DNA of 64,000 bases, from the NCBI GenBank assembly GCA_043228905.1, contig JBHGNT010000017.1, positions 16,616,001-16,680,000 on the forward strand, given 5' to 3'. A program made the position numbers and the translations under genes. The notes under the pieces are model-generated. The model had not been told where the DNA came from and did no database searches. It saw only the letters and a list, made by a program, of their open reading frames with translations. This DNA comes from Azolla caroliniana. Its lineage: Eukaryota; Plantae; Polypodiophyta. Positions 12,838 to 21,848 of this stretch are shown here, in pieces (within the stretch, counting starts at the first letter, position 1; every line of letters starts with the position of its first letter).

Positions 12838-12909
12838 GGGTCTATAGCCCAATGGTTAGGAAAACAGACTTTGAATCCAAGAGCTTGAGTTTGAATCTCA
12901 ATACAACCT
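12838..12909 (+). pseudogene. tRNA-Gln(TTG)-derived pseudogene or SINE head
   Basis: GGGTCTATAGCCCAATGGTTAG...GACTTTGAATCCA...GAGTTTGAATCTC...ACCT follows the plant tRNA-Gln layout, but the stems and B box are decayed. Confidence 0.6.
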
Positions 12910-13489
12910 TGAATGCGACATATACTTTATTTGCAACATTTTCAGCAACATATGCCATGGGCTATGTAGGTGATGTCTGAATTGAATAATGCAACGAATA
13001 AGCTCTCTAAATTACAAGATGCTTAGGCTCAATGCACTTATAATGTGTTTGTTGCAAAGTGGACACAAATGGGCGTTAAAGTCTTTGTTGTTTTTTCAAA
13101 ATTGTAACTACAAAAAGAACATGTAATAGGATGAAACAACTTCAAAGGGATGACAGATCCATCAGGAGGATGTCGGGGAAATGAGGTATATTACTATGTA
13201 GTTTTATAGTAAGTTATTGTCTGCTCAACGTGTTACACTTCATCAATTGGAGAGTCGTAGAGCTTTGTGGCAAACCACGCACGCACGTGTTTCACTCCAT
13301 ATGGCAACTGTTTTGGTAAAAAGCCGATCTCAATTTTTGAAGTAAGGGATGATGTGAATGCAATTGGCTCCCATGTATGCCCTGGTATTGTATACTTTCT
13401 ACTGATTTTTTCCCGAATTATTGGGAGTTTATTGGAACTAACATTACTCCTGCATTCCAGGAGGTGTTTGACACTGGATTTATGCAAGG

Positions 13490-14739
13490 TAAAATGGACA
13501 GAAGGTATGATATATCTTATTCCTAATTAGGAAGAGGTAGTGGCTAATATTAGGAAGTGGTGACCTATTACTATATTGAATACTATTTACAAAATATATG
13601 CTAAGTTGTTGGCTATGAGATTGCAACCTTTTTTAACAAACATCATTCATAACACCTAATTACGACTCTTACAAGATAGGAGTATATTGGATAAATTTTT
13701 CTTATTTTGGGAAATGGTTGCAATTTCACAAGAAAGGAAAGAGGATTTAGCTATCTTGTTGTTGGATTTTGAAAAGGCCTATGATAGAGTAGATTGTTCT
13801 TTTTTTAGGGGCATCATGGAAAAACTAGGTTTTCCTAATCGATGGTTAACAATTGTCTCAGCTTTCTACAACTCAACTACTAGTTGGGTATTACTCGCTA
13901 GAGAGCTAGGCCAATCATTTTCAATTTTGAGGTCAATGAGATAGGGATGTCCATTGGCTTCCTTTTAGTAATTTTCTTACAAGTAATGTTGTGAATATAA
14001 AAGGCTTGCAATGGCCATGATTAGAGGAGCAAATTGTGGATTGTCAATTTGCTGATGATACAACCCTATATTTGTAAGGTTCTCACGATAATCTTTGTAG
14101 AGTACAACGGGCTATTGATACATTTTTCTATGCTTCTAGAACTGTTATTAATTGGAATAAGTCGATGGAGTTCTACGTAGGTACCACAATAACCCTTTGT
14201 GGTGCCCATAGGAAGGGTTTCAATGGATTCCACATGGTTAATCTATAAGATACTTGGGATGTCAAGTAGGTATTAATCTTTCACCAGAAGATCATGTAGC
14301 TCCTTCATTGCTTGCTATAAGGAAGAAATTGTTATATTGGAATACTGTGAAATTGTCATTGGCAAGTAGGGTGGTTGTTGCCAATCAAGTTGTTGGCTTC
14401 CATGTGGTACATTTTGTCGGCTTGATTGTGCTCAAGTTCGGCTTTATCACAAGTACAAAGGCTTATTAGGAATTTCCTTTGGCAATCTAAAGATTGTTCA
14501 TATGTGAGAGCCAAAGTATCTTGGAAAGTTATTATAGCTACAAAGGACGAGGGTGGTCTTGGATTGATTGATCCTCTAAATTTACAATGTCATGCTTTTT
14601 TAGGAAATTTTATTTTAAGAGGCTTGTTGCCAAGTGGGGAGCCATGGAAAAAATCTTAAGCCAGAGAATGGTTAAGGTTATGCCTTCTACTAGTGGCAAT
14701 TGGAAAGATAATATTAGGTGGTGGTTTTTAAGATATTTT
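13490..14739 (+). mobile_element. L1-clade LINE ORF2 remnant, RT part (left half, split by the nest)
   Basis: W*PITILNTIYKIYAK, LLDFEKAYDRVD, MR*GCPLA, QFADDTTL, YLGCQVG, KVSWKVI..KDEGGLGLID. Many stops. Confidence 0.88.
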
Positions 14740-15620
14740 TGTCACTGACACACCAACTGCGGACTCAGATGGAGCACAATGATGGGGCTACAAGCATGGA
14801 ACTGAAGAAGCTAGGAATGACACAAGAGCATGAAGTCAAAGATGAAGAAGGAGATAAGATGGAATGAAATGAGAATACTAGATTGATGTGTCAATGACTA
14901 GTGTTGAATTCCTTGAAAGGGACCAAAGAGGTTACAAGTATTTATACAAGTTCCTCGATTGAATATCTCTGTAATATACTCGAGAAATATCTCTAGAATA
15001 TACCGTACAATATTTCTAGATTATACTAACAACTAGAATATTTTGATTCTAAAATGTATTATATACTAGTAGACTATACAATACTAAACTAATACAAATA
15101 CAAATACATACTCATATTAAAATGGTTGAGCATGACATCTTGTTGATGTGAGGTCGTAGGTTTAAACCTATTATAGATCTAGGTACTAAAGTAAGCTTAA
15201 GATAAGGATAAAGAAATGAAAGATAGAAAGGAGAAAGAGAAAGAAGGGTGCCGATCCACCCGACCACCCCCGAGCAAAGGGATCGAGACGGACTCGAGCC
15301 TCGATCGGCGTCCCATACCACCGCCGTGGCGTCGAGTCGTACCTGGTGCTGGCGCGCTCGCTACAAGAGTTGACCCACCACATGAGCAGAGTCTCGATGT
15401 AGTTCAAAAGATGATCAAATGAGGGTAGCTAGGCCTCTTATTTATAGCGATACCCAAGGCCCCCAGGCAAGTTCACACTTGACCTAATGGGTTGTCTCAA
15501 TCCCGAGGATTAAAAGTAATCCTCCCCTTCTTTACACTCTCGTTTAACCCTCACACTTATCCACGTGTATAGAATACTACGGTAAATTCTTACCACGGGA
15601 TATTATATGGTCATGCCCGT

Positions 15621-16488
15621 TGTCGTAGTGTATTTCGTACACTACGTGAAAAAGTAAAAAGTAAAAATAATATAACCGATTTAATTACATATAAATAAAT
15701 AAAATAATATATGAAGATATTTATCACGTGCATAGGGCAGGATTCGAACCCTGTACCTCCACGTAGCCAAACCTCAACTTTACCATTATACTACCTTATC
15801 TTTAGTGTTCTATAAATAGATTTAATAACTATAAGTGCTTTATTTGCACCTACCTTTATTAAAAGGTAAATCATGTATTTTTAGAGTGCGTGAATATTTT
15901 ATAGAAAAACGCAAGCGACTAAAAAGTGACTCATGCACATCTAGCGTGCATGAGCACTATATTTAGCAAATAAAAGCAAGGATTAGAAAAGCATCACATG
16001 CACATTTAGTGTGCATGAACATATTAGAAAAAAAGCATGTAGCTATGCTTAGTCTCTCCCATCACTACATAAGGATGGGGAGCACAATGTAATAGGTGTG
16101 TGAAAAATATTTGGGAAATTGGATATATTTCCTAAAACACCAACAATCAATAAAATATACTCGTGGGATTCACGAAGTTTAAGATAATCTATCTCTTTCA
16201 ATCTAAATTCATATTCTTACATAAATATTGATTAATGTAATACTTGTGGGATTCACAAGGTTTGATCTCTTTTTACTCTAATCTATTCTAAATTATTTCA
16301 ATTTATTACTACGATTTAGATAAACTAAAACAATTATACTTGTGGGATTCACAAGTTTCTATATCTCTTTCTTATAATCTATTCATATTCATAACTAGAT
16401 TAGCCTCAAATTCTTCCTCCTCCTAGTCCAAAACCCCGGTGGTTCCCACCCGACTCACGCAAACGATCCGGAGCCGAAAGGCACGACA
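15621..16488 (+). repeat. LTR-A, 5' copy (868 bp)
   Basis: TGTCGT...ACGACA. Nearly identical to 20981-21848; I saw one substitution by eye. Confidence 0.93.
15731..15797 (-). ncRNA. tRNA-like Pol III A-box/B-box cassette inside the LTR (also at about 10340-10405, 18668-18735 and 21091-21157)
   Basis: The minus strand reads GGTAGTATAATGGTAAAG...GGTACAGGGTTCGAATCCTGCCCTATG, with A-box-like TAGTATAATGG and a consensus B box GGTTCGAATCC. There is no convincing full cloverleaf. Confidence 0.55.
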
Positions 16489-16492
16489 CAGT

Positions 16493-16510
16493 TGGTGAAC
16501 CCGACGTGAA
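16493..16510 (+). promoter_or_regulatory. Primer-binding site complementary to the tRNA-Trp 3' end
   Basis: TGGTGAACCCGACGTGAA is the reverse complement of ...TTCACGTCGGGTTCACCA, the plant tRNA-Trp end as I recall it. It recurs at 19366-19383 and in part at 61367-61378. Confidence 0.8.
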
Positions 16511-16526
16511 GGCGGGTGGCAAGGAG

Positions 16527-18575
16527 ATGGAGAATCAACAAGAGGCAATGAGCATAACGATGATGATGATGTTCGAGCAGATGCTACAAGAACAACGAGC
16601 GATGTCGGAGATGAAGGCGGTAGTAAAGCGGCTCGTACAACGAAACGGACAATTCAACGGAAACGATTTGTCACGCTATCTACATGACTACAAGGCGGAG
16701 ATGATGCGATGTGGGATACCGGAAGGATTGCAAGTGATATCCTTCAGTCGGGTGGCCACGGATGAGCTACAAGAGAGAATCCACAAGATACGGCAACAAA
16801 ACTCGACATGGGGGTCATTCGAAGAAGCTTTACGAGAGTCATATGATTACAAGAGATCGAAGGGACAAGATCGGCGAGAATTCGACGAATGGGTGGCATC
16901 GGAGAAGACCCACCGAAGTGCAACACAAGCATTCCTAGAGTTCGAGCATCGTTTTGCTCAACTCTCGGAGCGGGAACAACGGTTGGTGGGGGAGGATAAA
17001 GTCCTAATGTTCGTAAAATCGATCGATCGAAAAGAAAGGATGGACATCGGGATCGAACTCGAAGACGATGAAGGTACGAATGGTCTTACCGAAGATTGGG
17101 CCGAAGTCCAAAGGGTATGCCGGAGACATGATGAGAGGAAGATGAGAATCTTGTCAACGACATGGCCGATGAAGGATGGTCGATTGAAGACAAACAATGG
17201 AGCCGATATGAAGGCCGAAATACAACATGATGGTGCGACGGAAGAGGGTGTAAAACAAGCTACCCTCTTGTCTTGCGAAAGAACGACGGCGAAGGATAAG
17301 GCCGATAACCCAAGTGTAGAAGAAGATTTCGGAATACAAGTGTCCGAAACATCAGGTGAAAAAGGGGTAAGCATAATTGATGTTTCCATAATTGATGCAG
17401 TGAAAGAGAGCAAGGAGGACTTGATTGAGGAGGTCGCCACGAAAGATGACATCGAATCGAAGGTGGCTATGGACGAATCAACGACGGATGGCCATATCGA
17501 GACTTCCCCACCACTAATTCCAGAGACTCCGGCGGTTGCGTTCGAAAGGCAACGTGAGACCAAAGAGACGGAAGGTGGCGGAGAGAAAACAAAGGTCGAA
17601 GTCGATGCATACGACAGAGAGATAGCCGAGAATATGGCTATGGGTGAAACAATGGAGGATGATAATACCGAGGATTCCTACCCACTAATTCTAGAGACTT
17701 CGGCGGTTGTGTCCGAGAACCAACGTGAGACCGGAGAGACGGGAGGTGGCGGCAAGAAAGGTAAAGTCGGAAGCCAGTTAGGATGGAAGGTGATCCGGAC
17801 GGGATTCCAATCCGAAAGAAAGCCTAACCGGGTAAAAGAGGATTCGACCGAAAGTCGACCCGAAAGAAAGCCGAACCGAAAGGAAGAGAATTCGGCCGAA
17901 AGACGACACAAACGAAAGCTGAATCGGGCGAATGAGGATTCGGCCGAAAGACGACCCGAAAGAAAGCCGACCCGAAAAAGGGTCGACTTGGTCAAAACCG
18001 ATCGACCGAGTCTGACTTGGCCGAACGCGAATATGGATGGAAGCCGACCTAGCCGAAAGCCAATCGGACGAGATCGATCCGGAAAGAAGCTAATCCGACT
18101 CAACCGGAGGTTGGACCGGTCGAGGCTGGTGAAAACGAGGAAAAGAAAGCCAACCGAAACCGAAACCGATAGATCGAAACCGGGCCGGAAGGAGACCGAC
18201 TCAATCGAAACCGAACAACCGATTCCGATTCGGCCGAATACGAATCCGATCGGAAGCCGATCAAACCGAAAGTTGATCGGACGAGAGCGATCTGGAAAAA
18301 AGTCAAGGTTGATGAAGACAAGAAAGAGCCCAGTAAAAGACACTACCACGAATGAACAAAGAATATGGTGGATCGGATGGCAACAATGGTTCGGGTGGAA
18401 AGAATGGGTCTACTCAAAATGGAGAGACAAAGTTGACATAGCTGGACAAACGGAGGATGAAGGGGAGACAACGAGCATCGGCAACTTCGGCACATACCGG
18501 AGGATGTGCGGGTTCGGAGGGGGCGAGTGTCGTAGTGTATTTCGTACACTACGTGAAAAAGTAAAAATAATATAA
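16527..18575 (+). CDS. Gag-derived protein ORF1 (Gag-like N-terminus, acidic linker, R/K-rich repeats, Trp-rich C-terminal motif)
   Basis: The frame is open from the PBS (GTG 16506, first ATG 16527) into LTR-B. The N-terminal FNGNDLSRYL...WGSFEEAL resembles retrotransposon Gag. Confidence 0.75.
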   Translation: MENQQEAMSITMMMMFEQMLQEQRAMSEMKAVVKRLVQRNGQFNGNDLSRYLHDYKAEMMRCGIPEGLQVISFSRVATDELQERIHKIRQQNSTWGSFEEALRESYDYKRSKGQDRREFDEWVASEKTHRSATQAFLEFEHRFAQLSEREQRLVGEDKVLMFVKSIDRKERMDIGIELEDDEGTNGLTEDWAEVQRVCRRHDERKMRILSTTWPMKDGRLKTNNGADMKAEIQHDGATEEGVKQATLLSCERTTAKDKADNPSVEEDFGIQVSETSGEKGVSIIDVSIIDAVKESKEDLIEEVATKDDIESKVAMDESTTDGHIETSPPLIPETPAVAFERQRETKETEGGGEKTKVEVDAYDREIAENMAMGETMEDDNTEDSYPLILETSAVVSENQRETGETGGGGKKGKVGSQLGWKVIRTGFQSERKPNRVKEDSTESRPERKPNRKEENSAERRHKRKLNRANEDSAERRPERKPTRKRVDLVKTDRPSLTWPNANMDGSRPSRKPIGRDRSGKKLIRLNRRLDRSRLVKTRKRKPTETETDRSKPGRKETDSIETEQPIPIRPNTNPIGSRSNRKLIGRERSGKKSRLMKTRKSPVKDTTTNEQRIWWIGWQQWFGWKEWVYSKWRDKVDIAGQTEDEGETTSIGNFGTYRRMCGFGGGECRSVFRTLREKVKII

Positions 18576-19361
18576 CCGATTTAATTACATATAAATAAAT
18601 AAAATAAGAATATTAAGATATTTATCACCAATAAATAAAATAAAAATATCAAGATATTTATCATGTGCATAGGGCAAGATTCGAACCCTGTACCTCCACG
18701 TAGACAAACCTCAACTTTACCATTATACTACCTTATCTTTAGTGTTCTATAAATAGATTTAATAACTATAACTGCTTTATTTGCGCCTACCTTTATTAAA
18801 AGGTAAATCGTGCATTTTTAGAGTGCGTGAATATTTTATAGAAAAAAAAAACGCAAGCAACTAAAAAGTGACTCATGCACATCTAACGTGCATGAGCACT
18901 ATATTTAGCAAATAAAAGCAAGGATTAGAAAAGCATCACATGCACATTTAGTGTGCATGAACATATGAGAAAAAGCATGTAGCTATGATTAGTCTCTCCC
19001 ATCACTATATAAGGATGGGGAGCACATTGTATTTTTTGTTGATTATTTTTCTATAATGATCAATCAATCTAAAATATTCGTTGGATTCACGAATTTGCTA
19101 AAATAATTCTCTCTTACTACCTAAATATTGACTAAATATACTAAACTCGTGGGATTCACGAATGTTGCCATCAAAAATTACTCTTATAATCTAAATATTG
19201 TTTTAAAATACACTAAACTCGTGGGATTCACGAGATTACTATCTTACTTCTCTTCCTATTATTCATAACTAGCCTTAAGTTGTATTCCTCTTCCTCCTAG
19301 TCCAAAACCTCGGCGGTTCCCACCCGACTCACGCAACGATCCGGAGCCGAAAGGCACGACA
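18528..19361 (+). repeat. LTR-B, internal divergent LTR (834 bp)
   Basis: Same termini and a similar U3 to LTR-A, but a clearly different sequence from about 19030 to 19290. Confidence 0.9.
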
Positions 19362-19399
19362 CAGTTGGTGAACCCGACGTGAAGGCGGGTGGCAAGGAG

Positions 19400-21058
19400 A
19401 TGGAGAATCAACAAGAGGCGATGAACATGATGATGATGATGTTCGAGAGAATGCTACAAGAACAACGCGAGATGTCGGAGATCACGACAGTAGTACAACG
19501 GCTCGTGCAACAGAACGGGCAATTCGATGGAAAGGACGTGTCACGCTATCTACGTGACTACAAAATGGAGATGTTGCGATATGGTATCTCAGAAAGATTG
19601 CAAGTGTTATCTTTCAACCGGGTGGCTACGGATGAGCTTCAAGAGAGAATCCACGAGATACGACAACAAAGCCCGATGTGGGAGTCCTTTGAAGAAGCTA
19701 TACGAGACACATATGACTATCTAAGACCGAAGCGGACGAGGACATGGTCCACGAACGGCGGTCAACAGTGGGTGAAAAGCGGCCACCGACTAACACCGAA
19801 GGAGAGCTTGATGTGGAAGGGTTCGGAGATGCATGAAAAGTCGCAAGTCGACATTGAAGGGGAGCTTAAAACCGAACCAAAGTCGAGGCCAACAAAGGAC
19901 GAGGAGGAGGAAGATCGAGGACGAAAGGGTATCCCCACACCGGTTCCAGAGACTTCGGCGGCTGTGCCCGTGCACCAACGTGAGACCGGAGAGACGGAAT
20001 GTGTCGGTGGAAAAGTGGAGGACCGGAAGGGCAACGAGGAAGACAAAGTAAATGAGCACGAACGAAGGGATTCCTTCACCATTGTTCCGGAGACTTCGGT
20101 ACTGGAGCCCGGGTGTCGACATAACACCGAAGATAAGGAAAGTGGCGGCAACGAAACGAAGGTCGAAGCCGATGCATACGAAGGAGAGATAGCCAAGGAG
20201 AACATGGCTATGGGTGAAACAACGGAAGATGATAATACCGAGGATTCCTACCCACTAATTCTAGAGACTTCGGCGGTTGTGTCCGAGAACCAACGTGAGA
20301 CCGGAGAGACGGGAGGTGGCAACCAGGAAGGTAAAGTCGGAAGCCGGTTCGGATGGAAGATGATCCGTCTGAAATTCCGATGTAAACAAAAGCATGACAA
20401 CGCGAAGGTCGGGTCTACGATGGGAGAAGCATGTAATACGGAGCACGCACTACGGCACCAAAAGAAGCACGTGCTACGGCGTAAAGAGAAGCACACGCTA
20501 CGGCGCAAAAAGAAGCACACGCTACGGTGCAAAAATAAGCATGCACTACGGGGTAATACGGCGCATGCACTACGATGGAATACGAAGCATGCGCTACGGC
20601 CTAATACGACGCATGCGCAACATCGAGAAATAAAGCATGCATTAAAGCCGCACAAGGACCTAACAGCGAGCGCGTATTCGGAGGTCGACATCGACGCGTG
20701 GGTAGAACCTACGGAAGACAAGCGCGGAGTGGAGAGAGACAACACACCGAGATGCTCAAGAGTACCACAAGGGACCATGACAACCACTCATGGCAATGCA
20801 AAGAATGAACAAAGAATATGGTGGATCGGATGGCGACAATGGTTCGGGTGGAAAGAATGGGTCTACTCAAAATGGAGAGACAAAGTTGACATAGCGGGAC
20901 AAACGGAGGATGAAGGGGAGACAACGAGCATCGGCAACTTCGGCACATACCGGAGGATGTGCGGGTTCGGAGGGGGCGAGTGTCGTAGTGTATTTCGTAC
21001 ACTACGTGAAAAAGTAAAAAGTAAAAATAATATAACCGATTTAATTACATATAAATAA
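19400..21058 (+). CDS. Gag-derived protein ORF2 (shortened Gag-like N-terminus, PETS repeats, KHALR repeats, same Trp-rich C-terminus)
   Basis: The frame is open from the second PBS into the 3' LTR. It is a paralog of ORF1 with large in-frame replacements. Confidence 0.72.
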   Translation: MENQQEAMNMMMMMFERMLQEQREMSEITTVVQRLVQQNGQFDGKDVSRYLRDYKMEMLRYGISERLQVLSFNRVATDELQERIHEIRQQSPMWESFEEAIRDTYDYLRPKRTRTWSTNGGQQWVKSGHRLTPKESLMWKGSEMHEKSQVDIEGELKTEPKSRPTKDEEEEDRGRKGIPTPVPETSAAVPVHQRETGETECVGGKVEDRKGNEEDKVNEHERRDSFTIVPETSVLEPGCRHNTEDKESGGNETKVEADAYEGEIAKENMAMGETTEDDNTEDSYPLILETSAVVSENQRETGETGGGNQEGKVGSRFGWKMIRLKFRCKQKHDNAKVGSTMGEACNTEHALRHQKKHVLRRKEKHTLRRKKKHTLRCKNKHALRGNTAHALRWNTKHALRPNTTHAQHREIKHALKPHKDLTASAYSEVDIDAWVEPTEDKRGVERDNTPRCSRVPQGTMTTTHGNAKNEQRIWWIGWRQWFGWKEWVYSKWRDKVDIAGQTEDEGETTSIGNFGTYRRMCGFGGGECRSVFRTLREKVKSKNNITDLITYK

Positions 21059-21848
21059 ATAAAATAATATATGAAGATATTTATCACGTGCATAGGGCAG
21101 GATTCGAACCCTGTACCTCCACGTAGCCAAACCTCAACTTTACCATTATACTACCTTATCTTTAGTGTTCTATAAATAGATTTAATAACTATAAGTGCTT
21201 TATTTGCACCTACCTTTATTAAAAGGTAAATCATGTATTTTTAGAGTGCGTGAATATTTTATAGAAAAACGCAAGCGACTAAAAAGTGACTCATGCACAT
21301 CTAGCGTGCATGAGCACTATATTTAGCAAATAAAAGCAAGGATTAGAAAAGCATCACATGCACATTTAGTGTGCATGAACATATTAGAAAAAAAGCATGT
21401 AGCTATGCTTAGTCTCTCCCATCACTACATAAGGATGGGGAGCACAATGTAATAGGTGTGTGAAAAATATTTGGGAAATTGGATATATTTCCTAAAACAC
21501 CAACAATCAATAAAATATACTCGTGGGATTCACGAAGTTTAAGATAATCTATCTCTTTCGATCTAAATTCATATTCTTACATAAATATTGATTAATGTAA
21601 TACTTGTGGGATTCACAAGGTTTGATCTCTTTTTACTCTAATCTATTCTAAATTATTTCAATTTATTACTACGATTTAGATAAACTAAAACAATTATACT
21701 TGTGGGATTCACAAGTTTCTATATCTCTTTCTTATAATCTATTCATATTCATAACTAGATTAGCCTCAAATTCTTCCTCCTCCTAGTCCAAAACCCCGGT
21801 GGTTCCCACCCGACTCACGCAAACGATCCGGAGCCGAAAGGCACGACA
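20981..21848 (+). repeat. LTR-A, 3' copy (868 bp)
   Basis: Preceded by PPT GGAGGGGGCGAG and followed by TSD CCGT. Confidence 0.93.

Larger units (their letters stand above)
15621..21848 (+). mobile_element. Three-LTR non-autonomous gypsy-related element: LTR-ORF1-LTR-ORF2-LTR, TSD CCGT
   Basis: LTRs at 15621-16488, 18528-19361 and 20981-21848. The 4-bp TSD CCGT is at 15617-15620 and 21849-21852. A PBS follows LTRs 1 and 2, and a PPT precedes LTRs 2 and 3. No RT, RNase H or integrase. Confidence 0.92.

Noticed and set aside
15731-15797. Functional tRNA genes in the LTRs
   Set aside because: A and B boxes are present, but there are no convincing acceptor or anticodon stems. Reported as a tRNA-like cassette only.
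18352-18430. env-like or transmembrane interpretation of the Trp-rich motif
   Set aside because: There is no signal peptide and no uninterrupted hydrophobic helix. The motif is interspersed with charged residues.
16958-20787. Long antisense ORFs (16958-17563, 17678-18349, 19762-20205, 20248-20787; likewise 7076-7780, 55884-56774)
   Set aside because: They are shadows of repeat-rich or biased sense ORFs and show no recognisable motifs.
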